The notes under the pieces were generated by a model. The model searched no databases. It saw nothing but the letters and a program-made list of their open reading frames with translations, and was not told the DNA's origin. Below are positions 29,730-37,704 of a stretch of 64,000 nt of DNA, piece after piece. The position numbers and the translations under genes were made by a program. Where the stretch lies: assembly GCA_018623135.1 (NCBI GenBank), contig JAAZVW010000001.1, positions 23,024 through 87,023 of the forward strand, given 5' to 3'. Source of the stretch: Pseudomonadota bacterium. Its GTDB lineage: Bacteria; Pseudomonadota; Alphaproteobacteria; UBA1280; JAAZVW01. Position 1 is the first letter of the stretch. Each line of letters opens with the position of its first letter.

Positions 29730-30164
29730 TTATAGTTGAAGAATTAGGGGTGCCAATTCTTCAATACTGCTGGGGTTGTGGTCGTACTTAACGGCGCCAC
29801 GTCTGAAAAATTCAGGTGTGTAAATGCAAATATGCATTTCTCGTGCACACCAGAATAAATCTGTATGGGTGCCGATAAAGACCGACTTTTGCCCTTTGTA
29901 GGGCTTGATCTTACTTAAAAGCTTTGGGAGATCTCGAGTCTCGTAATTGGGCAAAGTGTGTATAATTCGCCCAGCAGAGAGTAGATCAATACCGTTTTGA
30001 TAGTACTCTGTAATATCATCTCGGCTACGTGAGGTGCAGTAGTAAATTTCTCCGTTTTGCTGAAATTCTTTCAACATATTGATGAAATTTTCATTTATTT
30101 TACGGCTTTTACCCATAGTGTCGAGTAGGCCGTCAAGATCTATAAAAAGGGTATCATATTTCAT
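29730..30164 (-). CDS. HAD-superfamily hydrolase (putative nucleotidase-like); start taken at the internal ATG with RBS
   Basis: MKYDTLFIDLDGLLD carries the DxDG HAD motif I. IGTHTDLF is a motif IV-like Asp pair. AAGGA RBS lies before the ATG at 30164. The upstream 45 codons of the ORF are unlikely to be coding. Confidence 0.45.
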   Translation of the reverse strand: MKYDTLFIDLDGLLDTMGKSRKINENFINMLKEFQQNGEIYYCTSRSRDDITEYYQNGIDLLSAGRIIHTLPNYETRDLPKLLSKIKPYKGQKSVFIGTHTDLFWCAREMHICIYTPEFFRRGAVKYDHNPSSIEELAPLILQL

Positions 30165-30503
30165 GATAAATCCTTGTGAAGTTTTTTTAGTGAAAGGGAA
30201 TAAGGTTTGAGACTTATATATATGCTTTTTTTTTAGAATTTGTATAGTCTGACTTACAAAAAAATACAAATTAATGCGTGTTTTTTGATTTTTATGCAAA
30301 AATATACTTGCATAGGTTGTAAGTAATATGTATTATCCATCCTAGATTGGCATATACCTCTTTGAGGATATGACCGGGGTTATATAAATAATGAATATCG
30401 CACTTCTGCGATGTTCTTCTTCCATATACGTGTGTGAATGATTTGATGGGCTTGGCCTGCCTATTGTTGACGCATTTTGTTAATAAAAATAAGGAATATA
30501 AAC

Positions 30504-30995
30504 ATGGAATATCAATTTTCTTCTGCAAACCAAGCTTTAGATTGGACTGCGAACGTGCTAAGGAAAAAACTTTTTGCTCAGGTGAGCTCTGCTTATAGGT
30601 TTATTGAAAAAGAAGTGACAGATTTGCCTTCTGAAAGTAAAGAGTATAGCTTTTTACCTAGAAATGCTGAAGATGCTTATGATTTGGCGTTGGATATGGA
30701 TAAGTTATTAAGGTCTTTAGATGAAGAACATCATTTATTGTTGCGCATGAAGCATTGGGGTGATTTTTATACAGTCGATAAAATGAAAAAAGCTTTTGCA
30801 GAACAAGAGCTTTTGAGGCGCAAAGGTATTAGGGTGCGTGTAAGTTATCAGTATTCAAATCGTCAGATGGGTGTTTTGTTGGATTGTTGCCATAAAACTG
30901 TGCAACGTAAGTTGGCAAAAGCTTATCAGCAATTTGAAGAGCTTCTTATAAAAGAGGGGTATATTGCTGAAGTGAGTTATAAAAAATCTGCTTAA
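30504..30995 (+). CDS. putative phage-type late transcriptional regulator with sigma-70 region-4-like C-terminal HTH (RinA/ArpU-like or Q-like role)
   Basis: The C-terminus NRQMGVLLDCCHKTVQRKLAKAYQQFEEL resembles a sigma region 4 HTH. The gene sits directly upstream of the promoter-terminator leader of the terminase operon. The function is inferred from architecture only. Confidence 0.35.
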   Translation: MEYQFSSANQALDWTANVLRKKLFAQVSSAYRFIEKEVTDLPSESKEYSFLPRNAEDAYDLALDMDKLLRSLDEEHHLLLRMKHWGDFYTVDKMKKAFAEQELLRRKGIRVRVSYQYSNRQMGVLLDCCHKTVQRKLAKAYQQFEELLIKEGYIAEVSYKKSA

Positions 30996-31017
30996 ATAAA
31001 AAAAGATTATTTATATC

Positions 31018-31088
31018 TTGACAACTGCCCCAATATTCTGTATAGTAATTAAATAATCAGGAGAGCTAATAACAGCTCTCCTTTTTTT
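31018..31088 (+). promoter_or_regulatory. promoter-plus-terminator leader cassette, copy 2 (candidate late promoter with leader terminator before terS)
   Basis: cTTGACAactgcccca...TGTATAGT at 17 nt spacing. The predicted +1 is followed within about 7 nt by hairpin ggagagctaataacagctctcc plus T7, then the RBS aaggagg and the terS ATG at 31111. Confidence 0.5.
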
Positions 31089-31110
31089 ATGTCTAAAGGA
31101 GGTTGTTAAT

Positions 31111-31512
31111 ATGTTGACTAAAACAGGCTCTAAGATGAATCGTAAAATAAAACAAGAACTTATTACGATTTTAACAAATCCGGAACATGATGGATTATCC
31201 CAAAAAGAAATTGCTGAAAAAGTAGGTGTTTGCCGCGAAACTGTCTATAGATATTTAACGGCAGAGTTTTGGGCTGAGGTGCGCAGATTGCGTTTGGAGG
31301 TGATCTCCAAATCATTAGCTATGGTTGATAGAGCTTTATTTGAAAAAGCAGCAAAAGGCGATGTGCAAGCAGCTAAGCTGATTTACAGTAGGTGGGATAC
31401 AGAAGTAGAGCAAATTGAAAAGTTTCTGAGCTATGAACAGCTGGAACGATTAAATGAAGAGATTGCCGATGTGCAAAAACAAATTACAGAAATTGAAGAT
31501 ACAGCAGCTTGA
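31111..31512 (+). CDS. putative phage terminase small subunit (HTH-containing)
   Basis: HTH LSQKEIAEKVGVCRETVYRYL. 133 aa, immediately upstream of and overlapping the terminase large subunit. Confidence 0.45.
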   Translation: MLTKTGSKMNRKIKQELITILTNPEHDGLSQKEIAEKVGVCRETVYRYLTAEFWAEVRRLRLEVISKSLAMVDRALFEKAAKGDVQAAKLIYSRWDTEVEQIEKFLSYEQLERLNEEIADVQKQITEIEDTAA

Positions 31513-32854
31513 GTTGCTTAGTAAAAAGATAGAATTATATAAACAATACAATATTTTAAGGTACAAACCTTCAAGTAAACAGTTAAGTTACCATGATTTA
31601 GGCGCTCAGTACAAAGAGCGCCTTTTTTTGGCGGGTAACAGGTGTGGTAAAACTTTTTGTGGTGCGCAAGAAATGGCCATTCATTTAACGGGGCTTTATC
31701 CTAAATGGTGGCAAGGGCGTAAATTTGATAAATCTATTAGGGCATGGGCAGGATCGGTAACCGCTGAAAGCACACGTGATATTTTGCAGATTGCTTATTT
31801 AGGTGATGAAGATAGTTTTGGAGCAATACCTAAGGATTTAATTTTAAAGAAAACTTATAAAAAATCTGTTACTGATGCTATTGATTTTGTTTACGTGCGC
31901 CATGTAAGTGGTGGTGTGTCTAAATTGGGTTTTAAATCTTACGATCAGGGGCGTGAAAAATTCCAAGGTACGAGTAGGCATGTGATTCATTTAGACGAGG
32001 AACCTGATTTACGTTTATATGAAGAGTGTTTAATGCGAACGATGGATTGTGATGGGTTAATTATGTTAACGATGACGCCCCTTAAGGGGATGTCGGATGT
32101 CTGTTTACATTATTTGGATGAAGCGGCAAGTGATAAAGTTTATGTGCAGGCAACTTGGGAAGATGCGCCGCATTTGGATAAGTCTGAAATTGAAAAAATG
32201 CGTAAATCATTAAGGCCGCATGAGCGTGAGGCACGCGAAAAAGGGATTCCAAGTTTAGGATCTGGTCGTGTATTCCCGATTAAGGAGGAAGAGGTTCTGA
32301 TAGATAAAGAGCATATTCCTAAAGATTTACCTTTGGCAGCGGGTATGGATTTTGGTTGGCATAACCCTACTGCGATTGTTTGGGGTGCTTATGATAAGGA
32401 TGCGGATGTTCTGTACATTGTAGATAGTTACAAAGCTTCTGAAAAAACGCCAGAGCAGCATGCTTTGGTTCTTAAAGAAAAGGGGTTGTGGATACCTGTT
32501 GCTTGTGACCCAGCAGGACAAGCTGTGAGTCAAAAAGATGGGGAATCCCTAATGCTGGCGTACGAAAAGCAAGGGGTGTATTTGAATAAGGCAAATAACT
32601 CTGTTGAGGCGGGTTTAATGGAGATGCTTGAGCGGATGCGTTCTGGCCGGTTAAAAATTGCGAGCCATTTAACAGCATGGTTTGATGAGTTTAGATTGTA
32701 TCGGCGCAACGAACGAGGCGTGATTGTTAAGGATAATGACCATTTAATGGATGCGAGTCGTTATTTGGTTGTTTCTGGTTTAATGCTTGCGAAGCATAAA
32801 CCCTGCGTAAAAGGCAAAATTATACAAAGAAAGTTAGATTGGGTAACTCTTTAA
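31454..32854 (+). CDS. phage terminase large subunit (start uncertain; alternative TTG at 31514)
   Basis: Walker A-like GNRCGKT and Walker B-like VIHLDEEPD, with a C-terminal nuclease-like region. The protein is 466 aa. Confidence 0.75.
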   Translation: MKRLPMCKNKLQKLKIQQLELLSKKIELYKQYNILRYKPSSKQLSYHDLGAQYKERLFLAGNRCGKTFCGAQEMAIHLTGLYPKWWQGRKFDKSIRAWAGSVTAESTRDILQIAYLGDEDSFGAIPKDLILKKTYKKSVTDAIDFVYVRHVSGGVSKLGFKSYDQGREKFQGTSRHVIHLDEEPDLRLYEECLMRTMDCDGLIMLTMTPLKGMSDVCLHYLDEAASDKVYVQATWEDAPHLDKSEIEKMRKSLRPHEREAREKGIPSLGSGRVFPIKEEEVLIDKEHIPKDLPLAAGMDFGWHNPTAIVWGAYDKDADVLYIVDSYKASEKTPEQHALVLKEKGLWIPVACDPAGQAVSQKDGESLMLAYEKQGVYLNKANNSVEAGLMEMLERMRSGRLKIASHLTAWFDEFRLYRRNERGVIVKDNDHLMDASRYLVVSGLMLAKHKPCVKGKIIQRKLDWVTL

Positions 32855-33186
32855 TGGAAATTAATCAGAAAATAATATCGGTAGGTGCGCAAGCGCCTAT
32901 TTTTTTTGCGCCAGATGTTGATTGTGTTGATGTGAAAATAACAAGTAAAAACACTTTTAAAGCAAATGTTTATATTGGTTATTCTAAACCAACATCTTAC
33001 AAAAAAATAAGAGATAAGGAAGGGCTGGTTTTGCTTTCTGGTCGTGCAATAGATGGAGATTATATTGGCGAAATATTAGCGCAGCCTAAGTACTTATTTA
33101 TGAATGTAAGTGAGATAACGGAACCCATTGAAGTTGTTTTAATAACCCATAAACAAAATGTAGAGCAAAAGGATATGGCTGCATGA
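32839..33186 (+). CDS. hypothetical small phage protein
   Basis: ORF between terL and the portal gene with overlapping stop/start. No recognisable domain. Confidence 0.3.
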   Translation: MGNSLMEINQKIISVGAQAPIFFAPDVDCVDVKITSKNTFKANVYIGYSKPTSYKKIRDKEGLVLLSGRAIDGDYIGEILAQPKYLFMNVSEITEPIEVVLITHKQNVEQKDMAA

Positions 33187-34874
33187 GTACATATATAAAA
33201 GATAAATCGCAAATAGAGCAGGATGTATTAACAAAGGTTAAGGGTTATTTTGAAAAAGCTTATATGAACCCTATTTACCAAAAATGGTATACCTCTGCCC
33301 TTAATAATTGGCGTTTTTACGAAGGTGACCAATGGGCTGAAGAAGAGATTGATGCTTTAAGTGAAAAAGGCCAACCTGCGATAGTGATTAATAAAATTGC
33401 GCCGAAAATTGATAATTTATCGGGTGTTGAAGTTGCTGGACGCACACGGGTTGTTTATAGGTCTCGTTCTGGTGATGTGGAAGAAGAAAAAAAGGCGCGC
33501 CAACTTTCCGATGTGGCGTTGTATGTTGCAGAAAAAGCCGCGCAGGATGTGGAGGTTTCTTTTGCCTTTAAAGCGGGTTTAATTACTGGTATGGGGTGGT
33601 TAGACGTTGGTGTAGAACCCGCGGAAGAAGGCCCACGTATATTTAATACCGCAGAAAATGAACTTGATGTTGTTTGGGATACTCATGCTAAGCAGGATGA
33701 TTACTCTGATGCCCAGTTTGTGTGTAGACAACGTTGGTTGGGTGAGGCTGAGTTTAATAGATTGTTCCCGAAGCATAAAGGCGTTTTTGTAAATGGTGAA
33801 GCTCAGCTTTATGCGGCTGTTGATCAGGGCTTTTTAAGTAAAGAACCTGAGATTGGTTATGTAGATGCTGAGCGAGAGCGTGTACGTGTTGTAGAGGTGC
33901 AGTATAAGCAAATGGCAAAAGAATATAAGGTTACGCTTGAAACAGGTGAGATTTTTGTAACTTTTGATAAAGCAAAAGCGCAGATTACAAATGCTAAGGT
34001 TGAACAGGCTTATAAGCCAAGGGTTTATGTGGCTTATTATGTAGGTGACACTTTACTTTCTCATCAGCCATTAAACTATGCCCACGGCATGTTTACTCTA
34101 GTACCTTTTTATTTTAAGCGAGAACGACAAACAGGCTGCCCTTATGGTTTAGTAAAAGCGGCGATTGATCCGCAACGTGAGTTTAATAAGAGACGCTCTA
34201 AAGCAATGCATTTACTGAATACGGCACAGGTGATTGCAGATGTTGATGCGGTAGATGATCCGCAAGTTTTAGCAAGAGAGGCTGCAAGACCTGACGGTAT
34301 TATACTTAAACGACCAGGTAAAGACTTACGGATTATGCGTAATACTGACCTTGCTGCGAGCCAGGTTTCTGTTATGGAGAAAGCCTCTTACGATATTCAG
34401 GAAGTTATGGGTGTTTTTGATGAAGCTATGGGGCAAAAGACCAATGCGACTTCTGGTGCGGCGATTCGGGTGCGTCAGCAAGCAAGCAATATGAACCAAA
34501 TGTTTGCATACGATGCTTTAAGGCGTACGAAGAAAATTTTAGGTGTGCAGATTATGTCTCATATTCGACAATTTTTTAATAACAACATGATGATGCAAAT
34601 TACAGACAGCTTTTTACCAAAAGATGAAATTAGGCTCACAACCACGGCGGGGGAGCCTTTGACAATGCTGGATGTAAGAACCAGTCATTTTGATGTGCAT
34701 GTGGAAGAGGTGAAGGATGTGCATAGCTCGAGAGAGTTGGAGTTGGATCAACTGGAGGCGTTAAGGCAGGCTGGGATACCTGTACCTGCGGAAATGCTTA
34801 TTGATGCAACAAGCTTAAAAGATAAAGAAAAGCTAAAAAAATATTTAGCTGAACAACAAAATAAGGAGCATTAG
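33183..34874 (+). CDS. putative phage portal protein
   Basis: 563 aa, positioned right after terL and before the scaffold and capsid genes. Acidic composition fits a portal, and the start overlaps the previous stop (atga). Confidence 0.55.
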   Translation: MSTYIKDKSQIEQDVLTKVKGYFEKAYMNPIYQKWYTSALNNWRFYEGDQWAEEEIDALSEKGQPAIVINKIAPKIDNLSGVEVAGRTRVVYRSRSGDVEEEKKARQLSDVALYVAEKAAQDVEVSFAFKAGLITGMGWLDVGVEPAEEGPRIFNTAENELDVVWDTHAKQDDYSDAQFVCRQRWLGEAEFNRLFPKHKGVFVNGEAQLYAAVDQGFLSKEPEIGYVDAERERVRVVEVQYKQMAKEYKVTLETGEIFVTFDKAKAQITNAKVEQAYKPRVYVAYYVGDTLLSHQPLNYAHGMFTLVPFYFKRERQTGCPYGLVKAAIDPQREFNKRRSKAMHLLNTAQVIADVDAVDDPQVLAREAARPDGIILKRPGKDLRIMRNTDLAASQVSVMEKASYDIQEVMGVFDEAMGQKTNATSGAAIRVRQQASNMNQMFAYDALRRTKKILGVQIMSHIRQFFNNNMMMQITDSFLPKDEIRLTTTAGEPLTMLDVRTSHFDVHVEEVKDVHSSRELELDQLEALRQAGIPVPAEMLIDATSLKDKEKLKKYLAEQQNKEH

Positions 34875-34876
34875 GC

Positions 34877-35419
34877 GTGGAAGAGCTTAATAAACCCAAG
34901 ATGATGCAATTAAGGGAATTGTTTTCAGGTAAAAAAACACCTGAGGCAAAAGAAGCCCAGAATATTGAAACTGCACAAGAAACATTAGCAGATGATTATG
35001 CTGATGTACCAGCTGCGTTGATGCAAAAAATTCAGCAGACAGAGCCTTTGGTTCGGCAAGTGCTTGCGCTTGTGCAAGTAGATTATGATGCGCTTATTAA
35101 AATGGATGGGAAATCACCTTATGCGCAAGCAATTAAAGCAAATAAAAATGTGCTTAATGAAGTTGCTAAGGCGGATAATCCTGTGCTTAGGGCGTTGGAA
35201 ATTTCTTTAAAATACAAACCAATTGCGGAATTTAAAGAAAAATATGGCAATACGCCTGATGATATTAAACAAAAAATGAAGCAAGAACTTATGGAAGAAA
35301 TGGCGAGAAAAGAAGTGCCGACACAAAACCTTGCACAGATGGAGTTTAATAAAAAATCTGCTGAGAATGTGAAAAGTACAGAACAAGATGTACAAGAATT
35401 AAACAAATTTTTTAAATAA
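34877..35419 (+). CDS. putative scaffolding protein
   Basis: Acidic, helical/coiled-coil 180 aa protein between the portal and capsid genes. Confidence 0.4.
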   Translation: MEELNKPKMMQLRELFSGKKTPEAKEAQNIETAQETLADDYADVPAALMQKIQQTEPLVRQVLALVQVDYDALIKMDGKSPYAQAIKANKNVLNEVAKADNPVLRALEISLKYKPIAEFKEKYGNTPDDIKQKMKQELMEEMARKEVPTQNLAQMEFNKKSAENVKSTEQDVQELNKFFK

Positions 35420-35445
35420 TAAATTACTTTAAAAGGATTTTATAA

Positions 35446-36480
35446 ATGGTTGCTACTATTGAAAAAACACATGGTGTTTCTGCTCAAAAATGGTCGGAAG
35501 AAGTCTTTTCTGAATATTTAGGGCAAAACCCTTTTTATAACTTTATGGGTACAACATCTAATAATGTGATTCAGGTAAAAGAAGAGCTTACAAAAGCACC
35601 TGGTGATGCGATTACAGTTCAATTACGTGCGCGCTTAACAGGAAATGGTGTTGCTGGTGATGCGAAACTTAAAGGTAATGAAGAAGATTTGATTTTTCAT
35701 GACCAAAAGATTTCGGTAGATACATTGCGTCATGCTGTTATTTTGCGTGGTGAAATGTCTGAAAAACGTGTGGCATTTGATTTGCGTAACCAAGCGCGCG
35801 AGGCTTTGGTGGATTGGTCTAACAATAAGTTACGTCACTCCATTATTTCTGCTTTAACGGATACATCTAAGGGGCGTGATGCTTCTCGTTATATGTATGG
35901 TGCTACGGATGCAAATTTTGATGCAGACCATGCGACAGCACTTGCAAATGTGGATGCAACAGCAGATAAGCTTACAACAAAAATGATTTCTGTTGCTAAG
36001 CGTAAGGCAATGCTTGAGGGTAGCCGAAAAGTACGCCCGTTTACGCATAAAAAAGGTAATAAAACAGAAGAGCTTTATGTGTTATTTGCACATCCTTATG
36101 CTGTGCGTGACTTAATGGAAGACCAGTCTTTTAAAGATGTAAACACGCAAATTCCGACAACTTTTGATGATTCTGTATTGGTGCATGGTCAGCGTTACAA
36201 AGGTATGTGGGACGGCGTTATGATTTTTGAATGCGAAGAAATGCCAGTAGATGCAGCCGCAGGTGCTGCGGGTGTAGATGTTGCGCATAATGTACTTTGT
36301 GGTGCACAGGCTGTTGCCCTTGCTTACGGTAAGCGCACAAACTATAAAGAAGATTCGGATGATTATGGCCATGAAAATGGTTTTGCGATTGACGAAATTC
36401 GTGGTGTAGAGAAGCTTGTGTTTAATGGCATTGACCATGGTGTTGTGAATATGTTTGCGGTTGCTGAATCTGACCAGTAA
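35446..36480 (+). CDS. putative major capsid protein
   Basis: 344 aa, located after the scaffold gene, with RBS aaaggatt. Terminator-like hairpin downstream. Confidence 0.55.
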   Translation: MVATIEKTHGVSAQKWSEEVFSEYLGQNPFYNFMGTTSNNVIQVKEELTKAPGDAITVQLRARLTGNGVAGDAKLKGNEEDLIFHDQKISVDTLRHAVILRGEMSEKRVAFDLRNQAREALVDWSNNKLRHSIISALTDTSKGRDASRYMYGATDANFDADHATALANVDATADKLTTKMISVAKRKAMLEGSRKVRPFTHKKGNKTEELYVLFAHPYAVRDLMEDQSFKDVNTQIPTTFDDSVLVHGQRYKGMWDGVMIFECEEMPVDAAAGAAGVDVAHNVLCGAQAVALAYGKRTNYKEDSDDYGHENGFAIDEIRGVEKLVFNGIDHGVVNMFAVAESDQ

Positions 36481-36499
36481 AAATATAAAGCTAAAACGA

Positions 36500-36535
36500 A
36501 AATGGGGCACTCAAAAAAATTGGGTGCCCTTTTTA
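36500..36535 (+). terminator. possible intrinsic terminator after the capsid gene
   Basis: ggggcac ... gtgccc stem followed by ttttt. The loop is rather large. Confidence 0.35.
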
Positions 36536-36547
36536 TGGAGTTTTACA

Positions 36548-37162
36548 ATGAATGTACTTGATTTACAAAAACAGGTAACCAGTTTAAGCCATCAGGAAGA
36601 TAGCTTAAATTCTGGTTTAAAAATGAAATCGCTCCAATGGTTAAACCATGCATATCAGGAAATTATGGAAGAGATTGCGCCGTTTTTATCTGAAATTTAT
36701 ACAAAAATGGTTGATTTAACGTTAGATGAGCTTGGCCGAGCTGTTTTACCAGATGATTTTTATAAAATTGAGAAGGTCTTTCTTTCTGGTACAGAGTTAC
36801 CAAAGCTAACAATTGCTGAAGCTGTGATTGCAGAGGATAAAAAAGGTTATTGGTTAGAGCGTAACTATATACACATTTTACCTAAAAACACTGTTGGTCA
36901 TTTAGTTATGTTATACCAATCGACAATTCCGAAATTAACGGAAAGTAGTTTGGAAGAGGATATTTTGATACCTAAAAACTTCCATTATGCCTTGGTTTGG
37001 GGTGCTCTTGTATGGGCATCGGTTCAGGAGCGTGGGTTTTCAGCGCAATCAGATTTGAAATTATTTCAGCAAAAATGGTTAGAAGCTAAGCAAAGTCTTA
37101 AACTTTCTTTAGCCAATAGAGCTGATCAGAAGTTAAGCGTTGCGCCTTCTGAAAATTTTTAA
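36548..37162 (+). CDS. hypothetical virion protein (possible head-tail adaptor / tail tubular A-like)
   Basis: ATG at 36548 (MNVLDLQKQ...). 204 aa. The call rests on position after the capsid gene. Confidence 0.3.
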   Translation: MNVLDLQKQVTSLSHQEDSLNSGLKMKSLQWLNHAYQEIMEEIAPFLSEIYTKMVDLTLDELGRAVLPDDFYKIEKVFLSGTELPKLTIAEAVIAEDKKGYWLERNYIHILPKNTVGHLVMLYQSTIPKLTESSLEEDILIPKNFHYALVWGALVWASVQERGFSAQSDLKLFQQKWLEAKQSLKLSLANRADQKLSVAPSENF

Positions 37163-37590
37163 GCCTTTTTAGATCTGGTATTTTTGGCTTCTTTAGAAGG
37201 TTTTTTCAGAAATTTATTTAAGTTTTCAACGCCGATAGACATTTCTGAAACTAAAGAGTTACGCTGGTTTGTCATTTCTGATTTAAAGCAGCTTTCAAGG
37301 TCTTTAAGTGTCTCTAATCTGATTTGGTCGTTAATTTCAGGTAAGAGATAAATAAAAGAACTTTGTTTTTCAAATTCATTTTTTACAAGAGGATGGTTTT
37401 GGAAGTGTTGCTCAAAATTAGCGCAAGTGCCCATGCCTTTAATGTAATCCATACTTAATCCATAAGGGTTTGAATTGCATTCAATAATAAAATAAACACC
37501 ACCACACTTAGGTAGAGTAAAATTACCTTTAGGATTAAAAACACTAAATAAATGCTTTTTTTGTTTACCAGATACCGAAATGGTGGCCAT
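37159..37590 (-). CDS. opposite-strand moron ORF, possibly GIY-YIG/T5orf172-like
   Basis: RBS agggag before the ATG at 37590. The motif GGVYFII...YIKGMGTCANFEQHFQNH weakly resembles the GIY-(10 aa)-YIG...R..H core. This is the only reverse-strand gene inside the structural module. Confidence 0.3.
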   Translation of the reverse strand: MATISVSGKQKKHLFSVFNPKGNFTLPKCGGVYFIIECNSNPYGLSMDYIKGMGTCANFEQHFQNHPLVKNEFEKQSSFIYLLPEINDQIRLETLKDLESCFKSEMTNQRNSLVSEMSIGVENLNKFLKKPSKEAKNTRSKKA

Positions 37591-37704
37591 TGGCTTAACT
37601 CCCTTTAACTCGCTTATAAGTAAAATTATGATAAATACACTCATTAAGTGCAATTACTAATTGGAGTTAGCTAATAAGAGTAATAAATATGAAGAAGGAT
37701 AATT

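Noticed and set aside
30292-30528. Minus-strand 78 aa ORF between the HAD gene and the regulator
   Set aside because: It lies in the AT-rich divergent promoter region and overlaps the regulator start. No RBS is present.
31089-31109. 6-codon mini-ORF (MSKGGC) overlapping the terS RBS
   Set aside because: Too short, and it coincides with the Shine-Dalgarno sequence. It is unlikely to be a leader peptide.
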